From Octopus sinensis (Eukaryota): a DNA stretch of 64,000 nucleotides. A program made the position numbers and the translations under genes. The notes beneath the pieces were generated by a model. That model made no database searches and was not told the DNA's origin. It was given only the letters and a program-made list of their open reading frames with translations. Positions 48,160 through 61,023 of this stretch are shown here, piece after piece; the first letter of the stretch is position 1, and the number at the start of each line of letters is the position of its first letter. The DNA lies in contig NW_021832829.1 of assembly GCF_006345805.1 (NCBI RefSeq), positions 186,001 through 250,000 of the forward strand. The letters run 5' to 3'.

Positions 48160-49131
48160 TCTGTTCGTATTGGGTCAGTCTCCTCCAGGCGGTTCAAAAC
48201 GAATGTCGGCACGCCTCAGGGAGACTCTCTCCCCCCTGCTATTTGTAATCTATCTGGAAGCCGGCTTGAGAGATTTGAGAACTTTCTATAATGATTCTAT
48301 TACCGAAATTGTATATGCCGACGATGTGGACTTTGCCTCGGACAACATAGATGATCTAATTCATCTACTAAACAATTCCCCACGGGTACTTAACAAATGG
48401 TTCCTGATAATTAACACTTTCAAAACTGAATTGACGGAGATAAAACGAATGGACACCAGAATTGGCGAAACATGGAGGAATGCCAACAAACTCGGCTCCC
48501 TACTTGAAGATAGTGAAGACATTTCTCGTAGAAAGATGCTTGCTACCGCGGCTCTGAGCAGAATACGTAAAAAATGGCTCCAAGCTTGGCCGATAAGTCG
48601 GGCTCTCGGATCAAGGTTTTATAATGCATTCGTAAAGCCTGTTCTACTATACAACTCGTCAACATGGGGGATCTCGGACACTGAACTGAAGACTATAGAC
48701 TCTTTTCACCCTAAACAACTACGTCTTCTACACGGAATACACTGGCCATCAAAAATTAACAATCTATCTCTGTATAAACATTACGATGCTACGCCGTTGT
48801 CTCAAGAAATCGTTGGAGGCCGGTGGAAATTATTTGCCATATTTTGCGAATGGACCCCAGAGCTCCGGCCAATCGGGCAATGGACGATTATTTTTCCGAA
48901 CATGGAGGCAAATATCGTGGAAGACCTAGATCCACTCTTCCGGCAGTTCTGGAGAGGGATCTCAAACTTCATGGCAAAAGTTTCAAAAACTGGGACGACC
49001 TAGAATCTTTGCGGGATCTCGCCCGCAACAGAGGGGCATGGACGAGGATGGTCCAGAAGATCGTTTCGCTTGTGACACGTGTGGGATTATAACTTTGTTT
49101 ATGTTCCTACGGAATGTGTTATAATAATAAT
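48160..49131 (+). mobile_element. 5'-truncated RTE-like LINE with (ATA)n tail and 12-bp TSD
   Basis: LSPLLF...YADDVD RT core; AAAATGCAACTT at 48148-48159 and 49132-49143. Confidence 0.9.
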
Positions 49132-49771
49132 AAAATGCAACTTGGGGAATCCCAAAACTCAGTCTTCCAGCGTGGTTTATTCCGATAAACTTCCAGTCTG
49201 ACTTTTTGTATTCGACAACAACACTATTAATGTTTTGGAGAAAAGTTAAGATTTATGTAAAATCATTTTCTTACTCAGCTTGTTTAAACATTTGGTCGTT
49301 CCGTTCATCAATTTTGACAGTTGCGAATGAAATTTCTATTCTCCTTTTCACTGTTGTGCTAAGCCTGTGAGAATATATACACCTTTAGAATCCTGTTTAA
49401 ATAAAAGAAATTCTTTCCTATAGTTTGGAAACTTTAAACTCCGAGTAAAAATTAAAAATCACTTTTTAAAGTCAATATTTAGACAGTGTTTTGCTGCATT
49501 TGACAAAACCAAAACGTTGACAATTTAAAAAAATAAAACAAGAAAAAACAAACAGGCTCCATGGCGATATCCAATATAACCGACAGTGCTAAAATAGCTA
49601 TAAGACCGATATGAGATTATCAATAGGTTTTATAAGCTCAACTTGCAATCCCTTATTTCACAAAAATACCAGGATATATCCAAACAACGTGCTTAAAATG
49701 ACCAAGAACATACTAAAATTATTTCTAATTGTCAATATTTTAGCAGTCAGAAACAATAACCAACAAATCAT

Positions 49772-50650
49772 TTATTTCAAAAATGGACTGGCAGAAAAAA
49801 ATGAATCCAAGACGTCTTCACTGTCAGTAGAATCCACCTCAACGCAATGAGTGTTACACTCCCCAGTCATGTGCTCGTTGTCTTCACGTTTTTTGTTGGA
49901 AATGGCTCTTTCCTGCCTATCCCTGAGATGGTCACACCTCTTCCATTTGTCCCTACCAGATAACTAGACAAATAGACATTTCGTATTCAATATCGTCCAG
50001 AGTTCTGGCTACTGTCGCTAGTTCAGCCACTTCTTTGTCATTTTGATCAAATTCTGACATTTCCTGGTCGAATCGAACCAGTTCGGAGTCCAAGTCGACC
50101 TTTTTCTCGAAAATAATCAAAAAATGCAACTTTTTTGTTAAGAGAATCGTCATCGAAAAAATTCTCCGGAATCTCCTGGAGAATTTCAGGATTTGAGGAA
50201 ATTTCAGGACTTTTTGAATCAATTTGGCCATTTCTGTCCTCGATTTCCCTGTTTAAGGAATTTAATATCATATTTAAACATTTTTTCCTGTATTTTTGGT
50301 TTTTTGGGATCAATTTCATCGATTTTGTCATTTCCAGGTCTTTTAACACTCTGAATTATACCAATTCTGTTTTTTGAATCACCACGTTGATATCTTTCCG
50401 CATTCTGGTTATTATTTTTAAAACTTTACTTACATGAATGTGCTGGGGATCTTTGCAATGTATTCCCCACAGAATTTCGTTCTTAATTGGCATGTTACAG
50501 GCTAAGCAGCTAATTTTGCCAAGTGAACTGTATCTATAAGACTTTGAGTTTTTAAAACAGTTTCTACTTGATGAAGGGTGATGAAATAATATGGTGAGAT
50601 GTTCCTTTCTTCATCAACCTCCTTAACTCGTCTTGGCTAATGTTATTCAT
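49772..50650 (-). CDS. ZNF830: ZNF830 (CCDC16)-like zinc-finger splicing factor, multi-exon
   Basis: Spliced: QDELRRLMK...SPFIKYSSLGKISCLACNMPIKNEILWGIHCKDPQH...IPENFFDD...ELVRFDQEM...CDHLRDRQE. Confidence 0.8.
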
Positions 50651-50849
50651 GATCTGTCCAATACGGCACGTCCACTAGAAAACAAATTGAATTACTAATA
50701 AAATCAAAATAAAAATAATTTTAATAACTTAATTTAACTACATATATATTTCGAAATTATACAGTGTTTATTGGATTGGTAAAGCTGTCTTAGTTGCAGG
50801 AGGAAATTTACTTTAATCTATACATTTACTTCAATAGTATTGTAAAAAA

Positions 50850-51189
50850 CTTTTTTTAAATATATCAAAATAAAAACTTAAAAGCATTGAAAAACCTCTA
50901 AAGATGTAAACGATCTCCACATGTTGAACGATGTGACTCGGAATAGAAAAAAATAGAGAGCTGTCCAGAGACTGAGGAATTGTGCTGCACATGTTTTCTC
51001 ATGGCCGATGGCATCACGTAGTGCTAATAATAGTCAAAACAGATATTCATTCCTGGTATAATAACTTTTATTGATTCATTCACAAGAATCTGTTGTGCTG
51101 CTGATAACAATTCTCTTATAAAATCGCCACTGAGATCCTCGGAAAAATCCAAAGCGTCTGCCTTTTTCCTATTGATAAAAACCGACATT
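50850..51189 (-). CDS. Possible small hypothetical gene
   Basis: ATG at 51189 opens MSVFINRKKADALDFSEDLSGDFIRELLSAAQQILVNESIK; downstream splicing unresolved. Confidence 0.25.
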
Positions 51190-51237
51190 TTTGTATTGGT
51201 GAAAAATTATTTTAGTTATGTTGAATGAATTATTTAT

Positions 51238-51916
51238 TGTCACAGGCATCGAACGACCCCAAGTTTGAGGGACCCTACCCTAATTAGATATTTCATACAC
51301 TTAATAATTGAAATACCCAAAAGGGGATTCTAGAGATACTTGCATGACCTCAAAATATTTCTATATTAGTAAAATTATGATTACATTAGTACTGCCTTAA
51401 TTTCAGAAAAAAAATAGACTAATTATAAATAATATAATAAATATTTCAAATGAATGTCATTACAATTTACAAAGCCATTATATATAGTTAAAACAAAGTA
51501 AAGTAACCATCGTAAACCCACTTATACCCATTTCCACCACTTCATAGATGTTACCTAACCCTACCCTAATCCTAACCCTACCCTAAACCTAACCCTAATC
51601 CTGACCCTAACCCTAACCCTAACCCTACCCTAACCCTACCCTAACCCTACCCTAACCCTACCCTAACCCTACCCTAACCCTACCCTAACCCTAACCCTCA
51701 TGAGTAAGGTCACAATGTCGCATTGCATGTCATAATTTGATATGTAAAAATAAAATTTTAGACAAGCCATTCTAAAATAATAAATTAAACATTAGAATTA
51801 TTATAAAAATAATTAAAATACTATTTTTTACATATAATTTATGCCTGCCATTTACTTTTGCCTTTTTAATTCTTAATTTTCCGTTCAACCCTGGGGGTCC
51901 CTTCAAGACGGTGACA
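51238..51916. mobile_element. 679-bp TGTCAC...GTGACA element (Ginger-type non-autonomous element or solo LTR) with 5-bp TSD
   Basis: TTTAT|TGTCACAGGCATCGAACGACCCCAAG...CTGGGGGTCCCTTCAAGACGGTGACA|TTTAT. Confidence 0.7.
51553..51698. repeat. Interstitial telomere-like array: CCCTAA units with six consecutive CCCTAACCCTA 11-mers
   Basis: Direct reading of the sequence. Confidence 0.95.
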
Positions 51917-52559
51917 TTTATTATATTCATTCAATTAATGTTGGCTTTTAATGTAAGAATTTTAATTCTTGGATACACAAGCCGAATATTTAAAATAAGT
52001 ATTTAAATACAATTTTTCTCAGTATTTATATTAAATTTATCATTCATTACCTAATGTCTATTTATTTACTATAACTCAACTGTGAAATTGAGTAATAAAG
52101 TTTGAGTAATAAAAATTATCAGAATATTAACTTGCCTCAGTTTTTCCATGTCTCGTTTGGAAATTTCTGAAAAGTATGTTTGTTCCCTTATTTCTGAAAA
52201 ATGATTTGGTTAGAATATTCTGTAATGTAGAGTCCAGTAGGTCATAAAGGTTTTAGCAAAATATTTAGCGAACATAAGAATTAGCAATAGCGATGTTTTT
52301 ATTATTCCAGTATGTGGAAATAATTGGTTTAGTTTATCAATCTAATCGGGCATCAAATGATTAAATTTGTTCAATCTCGGGTCAAATACGAAAAAGTAAA
52401 ACTACATTTTTTGAATTACACGCTAAGTTCTATCAAACGTACTGTTTGGAATGAATAAAATCCTTTTTGAAGCTTCTGCCTAATAGTGTGCTTTACTCTA
52501 TCTCTGTCCTATCCGACACCTTGGTTTAATATTCTTTATTTATCTAAACATAAAGACCA

Positions 52560-54060
52560 CGGTAGAAACCGGAGAAATAATCACATGATCCCAATGCCCT
52601 CTACCAGGGACCTCATCCTCGCTTGGTGAATTCCCCATGAGGCCACATTGGGCGGCTGATCGGTTTCGCTGTGACAATCTGGAGTTTTGTTTAATCAGAT
52701 CCTCCATAGAAGCTGGCCCGGAACGTTTGTTATCTTAAAATTAACCTTCGTTTAATCTGTACCCCTTTAGTTGGGCCTTCTCGATTCTCTTTCTGTTAGT
52801 CTAAGATAGCGGCGGTCCTCATGATGCGCAGGCATAGGATAAGAACGGTTCAAAAGTATTGGCTAAAAGTGTTCGCCAATTCCGGGTGAGAACGATAATT
52901 CGATAAACTTCTTACCACGTTCTTTTTCTATTCACATTTCCGAAGTGTGTGGAAAGAAATAGAGATTAATATCAAGAGTCACTCCTAGGACCGTCTGGCT
53001 TCTATTGAACGGTATGGCCATATTGTTCAGCTTCAAAGCGACTGTCTTCTTTCCCAATCTTTTATCAGATGTAAAAGGGACATGGCGGACTTTGCAATGT
53101 TCACAACAAGCCGGTTATCAGTTAGCCAGACGTTGAGCCGATTCAAATTAGATTTGAGGCTTTCAGAGGCCTTTTGGATGTTCCGATCCCTTGAGGCCAA
53201 TACGACGTCATCCGCATAAAATAGTATAACATCATTATTGTCGGTAGGGTACGGGAGATCTTCTAAAAGAGGTTGAAAAAAGCCGGGGATAAAGAGGATC
53301 TCTGGGGTTCTCTGTTGGGCAGGGGTGTAAATGTAGGCTTCAGGCTTCCGAGGCACACCATTCCATTCCGTCCACTTAGGTGGATGGTGATTTAAACCTT
53401 GAGCTTCCCTGGAAATTCATTTGAAATGATCCTCTTCGTGACCGAGTCAAAGGCTTTGTTTATGTCGACAGAACAGAAAACCTTCTTTAAGCGTCTTGGT
53501 TCGCTATTAAGAATAAAATTCATCAATGTCTGTAAATATGTAGACAAAAACATCTCATTTTTGAACCCATGTTGAAAAAGTCTTCCCGGTAAGAATTCTT
53601 TTATTTTTTAAAGAACCAACCTCTCCAGGATCCTTGACATAGAGCATAAAAGGGAAACCGGTCTGAAAGAAGCAGGGTCGTTTTTAGATATTTCAGTTTG
53701 ATAGTGTCGGCCTTATTTGTGCCTTTTTCAATAATGAGGGTATCACATTTTTGTTTATCAAGTAGTTGAAGATATCTGCTGAAGGGAGAGGTTCCAACTG
53801 TTTCTAAAGTCTTCTGTTTAAAAGTAGTCTATTCGATTTCCCGTGTTCCTTGTGTGCTATTTTCGCATATAAATTGATTAGGTTATTCACGTCCTTTTGA
53901 TCGTATTCCTCTGTAGAAACGGGTGTGTCGCCTTATGCCACGTGTCAAATCGCTATCTACTTCACTAGCGTACTCCTCGTCCAAATTGGTGCAGGGACGG
54001 GCAAAAAACAGAACTCATGAAAAAATTACGAAAAAACGCAAAAACCGGCTACACACCGGA
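52560..54060 (-). mobile_element. Decayed Jockey/I-group LINE ORF2 (RT domain)
   Basis: DPASFRPVSLLCSMSRILERLV, QHGFK, DINKAFDSV and FYADD motifs across frames. Confidence 0.8.
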
Positions 54061-54169
54061 TTTTTTGATCCAACTATTCAATTTCTTTATAAAATGCAAA
54101 ATAAATCAATAAATTTTTTTTAAATGTCAATGTGATTTATAAAAGTAAAGATAGCTAATCTAATCAATA

Positions 54170-54540
54170 AATAACAAGTAAAATAGAGAAGTTAACTAAA
54201 TTAGATGATTTGCCGAGCGGATGGACAGGCAATTTCCACGTAATATCGCGAACGATATCCGCTGAAAAAGTCAGCTCGTTTCACGACTGTCGTGACTCCT
54301 CGAGATGATTAAACCAATCTCTGAGAGGAGTTTGAAGGCTTTGGGTCCAATTATCCCACTGGTCTCGAAAACCAAAGGAATGAAACAGCAGGTATCGGTC
54401 GAAGAGCCATATTTTGCTGTTATCCTAGATTCGGCAAGGGCAGATGCAGATCCAGGACGAGAAGCGGAGTCAACCAACGATGATGATAAGGGATTTCACT
54501 TGCTCGATGGGAAGGTGGACATGCCTTCTGGGCGTAATCA
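54170..54540 (-). mobile_element. CRE-like 3' fragment (another subfamily)
   Basis: FIPLVFETSGIIGPKAFKLLSEIG...QRISFAILRGN. Confidence 0.8.
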
Positions 54541-54727
54541 ATAAAATATCACCATTATTAGTTCGAATTTGCTTGAATAAATACATTTTTTTAAAAAAGA
54601 GGTATACTAATAATCATACTAATAGGGTATAAACAAAAAATTCTAAGAAATGGTCATAGTCCTTGGATAATGAAACTATTTCGAGTTAACAGTTAATTCA
54701 AAAAGGAAAAGAAAGAAACGAAAAGTT

Positions 54728-55786
54728 ATTAACCGAAAATGTCGTCGAAATCATCACTCTCCGACTCTTCTTCCACAATTGCCAGTTTGACGTCCTTTTT
54801 CTCTTCGACGGTTATTTCAACATCCATCGCAGGAACTTGGGCTGCAACTATCTGCGGATTCTCCAACATTTCCTTAAACTAAGACTAATCAGCCAACAAA
54901 AAACTAACATTTTTCGCTTCAGGAATATCAAAGTCAACCGCCAATGATACATTAATCAAATTACGGAAGCACGACATCAACGACTGACTAACCGACATCT
55001 CCGTGGGATATCCAGTTGCCAGAGACACACAAGTCATCTCTTTTATAGTGTCCTTTACACAATTATCAAAATCTTTGTCGCTAATATCCAATATACTATC
55101 CTCAAACACACACCCGTCATCAAAAACTAAAAAAACTCAACAAAATTATCAAAACCTTTGGAAATCGTCAGTCCATAAACCAACGGAGTAATTTTTAAGG
55201 CTCGAAGAAGGGTTGCCTCATTTGGACCAACTTTTTGGCCTTTTTTGAGTACAAGTTTTTCAGTTGTCATTTCCAGAGTTCCTTTAACAACCTTTGTGGC
55301 CACCCCCAAGATCTGGAAAAGGGATATTTTATCTGGAGGCATTCCAGTGTTGTGTGGTGGTACAATCACGTCATTTTGTGCTATCGACCCAATTTTTGCA
55401 GCTGCCACACGTGTGTTGGCTACGAGGCGTTCTCTGACGGTCATCATGTCTCCTTTCACAAAGACAATCCCCACGTTGTACCTCAAATGGTTGTAGAGTC
55501 TAGAAAAGATTTAGAATTGTGGTTTACTGAGAAAATTCTGCCCCCATTTCTTCCATGTTCTTTAATGCGTATTTTATTAGTGTTTTTTTGCCGAATAGAA
55601 GAGTGGCGTCTCCTTTGAGGGACTTTCGGACTTCGTGTATTTGTGTGGACGTAACGTTGTCGCATTGGACAATAAAACATTTTTCATGAGTAGCAAACAA
55701 CTATGAATAAATTATTTTATTGGTTGAACTTCTTTGATCCTATCAACACATTGGTCTTTCCATGCTTTTCTATTGGGTCGAACCAT
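54728..55786 (-). CDS. RPLP0: 60S acidic ribosomal protein P0, multi-exon
   Basis: MVRPNRKAWKDQ...CDNVTSTQIHEVRKSLKG...YNVGIVF...AAAKIGSIAQ...NTGMPPDKISLFQILGVATKVVKGTLE...acidic tail EEESESDDFDDIFG*. Confidence 0.93.
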
Positions 55787-56356
55787 TAAAATATACACAC
55801 AGGATAGATATTAATAATAGCACGTTTTTAATAAATAGATTAATATAATATTCATAATTAATAATATTTATAATTAATAAAAAAGTAAGTTTAAAATTCT
55901 CCCTAAAATGACATAAAAATTATGGAATTAAAATTTCTAAAGTTCTGATCAAATCGAACCGAAGCAGGGTTATTGGAAAGCACCGTTTCTAGCTCATTCG
56001 TTTCTTGCAATCCGAGAGAACAAGGGACATGGTTTTTTATCTCAATAAACTCATATCTTTGAAAATTATGAAAGAGTTCAATGTTTGAACGACCCAGAAC
56101 AATTCTGTCCACATCAGCGCTTCAACAATCGACAGATCCATAAAAGGTCACATTGTCAAAATACTAAAAATTTAGTAGCTATGATAAGCTTTGGGCAGTG
56201 TGGTTCACGAAAAGGGCAAAAAGCAAGAAATCACGTAAATCACCCTGCCGAAATTCCGTGTGGAAACTTGGTTAGAAAATAAAAGACAGTCTGCCAACAA
56301 TACGCCAGCAAAACAAATGGGAAAAACTTCGGAAAACGTTTCAAAACGGTTTAGTG

Positions 56357-57406
56357 CAGGGGTGGCCAACCGGTCGATCGCGATCGACTGGTCGATCGCG
56401 GCATGTTTCGTGGTCGATCGCTCGATATATAAATTGCTAATTATTTTTTTTGTATTTAAATTATTATAAAAAAAATATTTATCAATATTAAAGTAAGTAT
56501 TTTTCACGTGTCTTGTTATGAGGTGTAACAAAAAGTCCAAATCATATAAATTTAATGCCAAATGGGAAAAAGACTATATTTTTACGATGCACATGGAAAA
56601 ATGCACATGTATGCTATGCAATAAAATCATTTCATTACCAAAAAGGGGAAATCTTTGTCGGCATTTTAATTCTTTACATCCCGAGTTCAACAAACACTTT
56701 CCTTTAAATCCTTATTACGGGAAGAGAAAGTTGAACAATTAAAAAAATCTTTTTTTCACAACATACATTTTGAAAAAGTTTATTAATTCGTCCAGATCTG
56801 CAACAATTGCATCATTGTGTCAATGAATTTGCTATGGTACTAGAAAAAATAATGAACGAGTTTAATAACAGATTTAGCGATTTCAAGAAAATTACTATAT
56901 TATGCAGTTTCTTTGTTTCTTCGTTCATGGATGTAGACGTCGAAAATATTTCAGAAGAATTTAGCAAGATTTTTGACGTTGATCGAAGAAAAAGTCAAAT
57001 AGAAATTATAAATCTAAAAAATGACATCACTTTAAAATTACATTCAAATGTCAACATATGGAAATTTATGTCTCAGGAAAAATATCCAATTTTGATTGAT
57101 TCGTATCAACGAATTCTTTCATGCTTTGGAAGCACATATTTATCCGAAACATCATTTTCAAGTATGAAAATGATAAAATCTCAATACAGGACACGTTTAA
57201 CGGATGACCATCTTGGGATTGCATGAGAATAGCAATAAGCTTATACGAGCCAGAATTTGAAATAATCGCAAGTGAATTACAATGCAAAAAATCGCATTAA
57301 TTTTTAATTGTAAAATAAAATTTTTGATATTAAAATATATAAGTCGATCTCCAAAAAATCGCAAAATGAAAAGTAGCTCGCCGGTGAAAAAGGTTGGCCA
57401 CCCCTG
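56357..57406 (+). mobile_element. Internally deleted hAT (SPIN/GTF2IRD2-like)
   Basis: TIRs CAGGGGTGGCCAACC; perfect 8-bp TSD GTTTAGTG; BED finger and C-terminal FGSTYLSETSFSSMK dimerisation motif. Confidence 0.93.
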
Positions 57407-57594
57407 GTTTAGTGTGTTTGTGATTTGTTCTTTTGAAAGCTTTAAGAATGTCAATCCTCCGAAAAATGGAACATCTGATTTTTTGACTTAATGAGGTGCC
57501 GAGAAATTCATTTCTTTTCGAATTCAGTAATCATTAATAAACTACAGCGGTCTTTGTAATGTCATTTCGATTTATAGAAGTTATTCATGAATAA

Positions 57595-58235
57595 TTTAAT
57601 GGCCTCAAAAGAGGCACGGCCAGCCTCGCGAATAGCAAAGCCAATCACAGACGTTCAAGAGCCAAGATAACTCTCTGGGATTGTGTTTTATCTTTGATAT
57701 CCGTCGACCGAGCGAGGGGAGAAAGCGGAACATCTTGGGGTCGAAAATTTCCGAAGACTCGAAAGCAATTGGAGTAAAAAAAGACGAGTTCGAGGTGGCC
57801 GTACTTGAGAATTTTGCGATCCTCGGCCGGCCTCAAAGCGTGCTTAGGATCAACACTGGACAGATCGAGAATGTGTCTGAGCAGATGAAGTCCAAAATAA
57901 GGGATTTCCTCTGCTCGCAAGGAAAAGTGGATATGCTGTCTGGGGGTTTAGGGTCTCCTCTATCCAGCCCAACCGGCTCGAGGATTGACGGGACATTCGC
58001 GGAAGCAAGGGCTCTTTGCGTTGAGTTCACTGTGGCGAGGGGCAGCAGTCCGATGGCAAGCGAGAGGTTGCAAATTATCAACAGCAAATTATCAACAGTT
58101 CCCCTACAGAGGCGTTTGTGAGCCTGAAAAATCTTCAGGCCGACAAGAAGATTTCGCTTTACGTCCACATTTAGTTTTAGGAAGCGGTGATGTCTACTGT
58201 TACTCCCAAGTAGTGTAGGTTGCACGATATAATTA
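57595..58235 (-). mobile_element. CRE-like 3' part (knuckle plus RLE), degenerate
   Basis: RALASANVPSILEPVGLDRGD; AEDRKILKYGHL; related to 3531-3893. Confidence 0.82.
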
Positions 58236-58669
58236 GAATCTCATAATCTTCGAACGTCGGTTTTTGTCTTTGCCAATCAAAATCTAACACGTAGTGCTTT
58301 TTCCCCTTACGAGATTCAACGCTTTATCCCTGCAACACATTTCTAGTTCCTCCAGGTAAGGTTCAGGTCTGCTCAAAAATAACTCCCTCCTCTGTCGGAA
58401 TCCCTACATCTCGACATGCCTACTAATCAAGATGTCGTTGGCCTAGGTAATTAGTCTGCTCGTCAAAAAGAAGGGTTTGGGACATCTGTCAGCAATAAAT
58501 TGAAAAGTATAGGGATGAGAACTGATCCTCGGGGACGCCTCTCTTGACATTCACAGAGTTTAATAACAGATTTCACTTTTCTCTCGGAAAGAAAATATTC
58601 CAGCCATTTTACAGTTTTTTTAGAAATTTATTTATTTATTAACTCCAAGATCACCGAGAAAGATAGGTC

Positions 58670-59610
58670 AGAACTAACTAATTAGGTGATCCCTGCCTCC
58701 AACCACAGCCGTACTTTCCTTACATGATCTTCTGATCCAAGAAATCGAGAAAATCCAAGAAAAATCCATAAACATACTGAAGGACCATACCGACATGAAA
58801 ATTGTCCATCGAACACTGGAGTCTCTTGTAGAGGCAAGTGGGAGGGATCGTGGAGATGGACCACAAGCATTTCACCGTACATACAGAAAGTGTGTGGGGT
58901 CACGGTCTGAACATCGTGAAAAGATGGCTAGACTGTTGAGAAGTGTCGGAATCACCTGAACACGTTAGTTAATGGTTAAGACGGTGATTCTGTTTTTTGG
59001 CTTAAATAATAATAATAATAAATAATGATCTTCTGATGACCCGACCGTAATCCGGAAAAGCCTTCTCTTCCTTCTGCAGAGGAACTCAATTGGAGTGCAT
59101 TTCTTTATAACCGACCGAAATTCCTCTGCATGTGCCACCTTTTCCTTGAGTGGGTTTCCCAGTTCCTTGCAGAAACGTAGGAAACCCTGTCCATTCTTCT
59201 GCGTCGCCTCCTCGGAAGCAAGACTGCCAACTGAGGTGTCAGTGTGGAGCATAATCTTCCTTCTGAGTGAGTTCAAACGTTCCGCTTTCGAACAAGCAAT
59301 AGCAAACCTCCAGGCTGAGCAGGCATACTCAACCGTCGGGGCAATCACTTGTTGGTATACTTTGCTGACACAATCTTTCAGGGGGAAGGGACTCTTCTTT
59401 AACAGAGCTTTCAAGACGTTCCACTTCCGCAGACCTTTAGCTAGGGCCTCCTCTACGTGACTTGAGAACGTCATTAAGGAGTCGAAAACCACGCCAAGGA
59501 TCTTCTGGGTACGCGAAGAGGGAATAGGTTTGTCTCCAATGAATAGTTCCAGCCCATTCTTGAATCTTCTGTCAGTAGTAAAGAGGGTGAATTGGGATTT
59601 GGATGCAGAC
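58670..59610 (-). mobile_element. Jockey/I-group LINE 3' part ending EAGIT* plus (TTAG)n
   Basis: KILGVVFDSLMTFSSHV, YQQVIAPTVEYA post-RT motifs. Confidence 0.78.
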
Positions 59611-59706
59611 ACACACAACATATAAGAATAGTCCAAGTTATAACTTAATAATAATGACAAATACCAATTCTTAAATAATTCCACAAAATTAAACAAACCA
59701 ATTAGT

Positions 59707-60764
59707 TTACCAAGTTAAATAAGCAACCAACAAATGCAGAAAAACAACATAAAAGGCAAAGATGACTTTAACTCGATAATTCCGACTCAAAAAGACGAAT
59801 CTAAAAACAATAAAAAATGCCAACAGCAGCAAATCCGATATCTTTCTCGTAGACTCTGACCTCTGAGGAGGCGTCAATTCGATAGAAACAGGCTGACTTT
59901 CCAGCAACGAGGAAATATACATATCCTTTCGACGTATCTGATCTTTCAATTCACTCACTTTGCCCAAAAGGGACGAATCGTTGGACATTCGTTCAATCTT
60001 TAGACTCATCAGAGACCCCTACCTCCCACAAAAGGTCGTTGTTCTGATCTTCTTTCTGTCTAAGGCTAAGCCGACTAGCCTCCACTGTTCTCATCAGTTC
60101 ATCCCTTAAAAATGAGACTTCCTAAAGAGGGTTATTCTCTCTTCACTTTGTACTTGCTTTTCTTAAATCTTTGTTGTCGGCATCGAGGAAATGACTCCTT
60201 TGATGTTCATTTTTAAACTCCTCTTCAATTTGATTCAAGCTTGTAAAATTATTTGAATATAAATAACCGTGAACATTTGTCACAGTTTGGTATTTCAAAT
60301 AATTTTTCTTCTTTGATCTTGCCGAATGTTGATATTTCAGTCTAAATTTTATTTTACAGCATAAAACTGTCAACTTTGAGTTTTCTGTAACAAGGGAATC
60401 AATTTCCTCTTTCAAACGAGTTATTTCTCTGTCAGAAAACATTTTCAAATCTGATTTTTCTGACAGTTCCTCTTCTTTTTTCCCCAAAAGCTGTTTTGTG
60501 ATAGAATTTTGAGTTTTTAGCGAATCTATAACAAATTCCAATTCCTGAATTTCGAGCAAATGAGAAGATTGCAATTCTTTTAAGTCTGTCAATATTATAC
60601 ACATTTAATTTACCGTTTTTGAGTTGTTCATTTTCTTTCTCAATTTGGCTATCTAATTCTCTGGTGGGTTCAATTTCAGTATTATGTGATTGGTCAATAG
60701 TGCTAGAGGTTTGCTGATCAAATTTGATTAGTAGATCTTCAGCTTTATCAAGAATCCATGACAT
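59707..60764 (-). CDS. GOLGA5: Golgin-84-like protein, shortened, multi-exon
   Basis: MSWILDKAEDLLIKFDQ ~ MSWFVDLAGKAEDLLNRVDQ; coiled coil; C-terminal TM RVKVIFAFYVVFLHLLV ~ RVFVIIYMALLHLWV. Confidence 0.8.
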
Positions 60765-61023
60765 TGATGTACCACAAGAACTTATAAACAAATAAAATAT
60801 TTTTTTACATATCAATATTATCAAATAAGATTTTATAATTAAAGAAAGTAAATTAAATAGCTCTAAAATGGTTAAAAATAGTGGAAAGAAAGCAGCAATC
60901 TATTCCAAAGAAACAAAAATAATTAATAAATTGATAGTTTTATCAACAAAAAATAAAATTGTTTATTTAAACTAATAGAATTATTAATCAAACAAAATAT
61001 TATAAAATTATCACCAAGTATTA
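60765..61023. promoter_or_regulatory. Probable bidirectional promoter between head-to-head GOLGA5 and KIF3A
   Basis: 259-bp AT-rich interval between divergent ATGs; function inferred from geometry only. Confidence 0.45.

Noticed and set aside
59030-59062. CTGATGA...GAAA hammerhead-like core
   Set aside because: Stem II does not pair and no stems I or III are evident.
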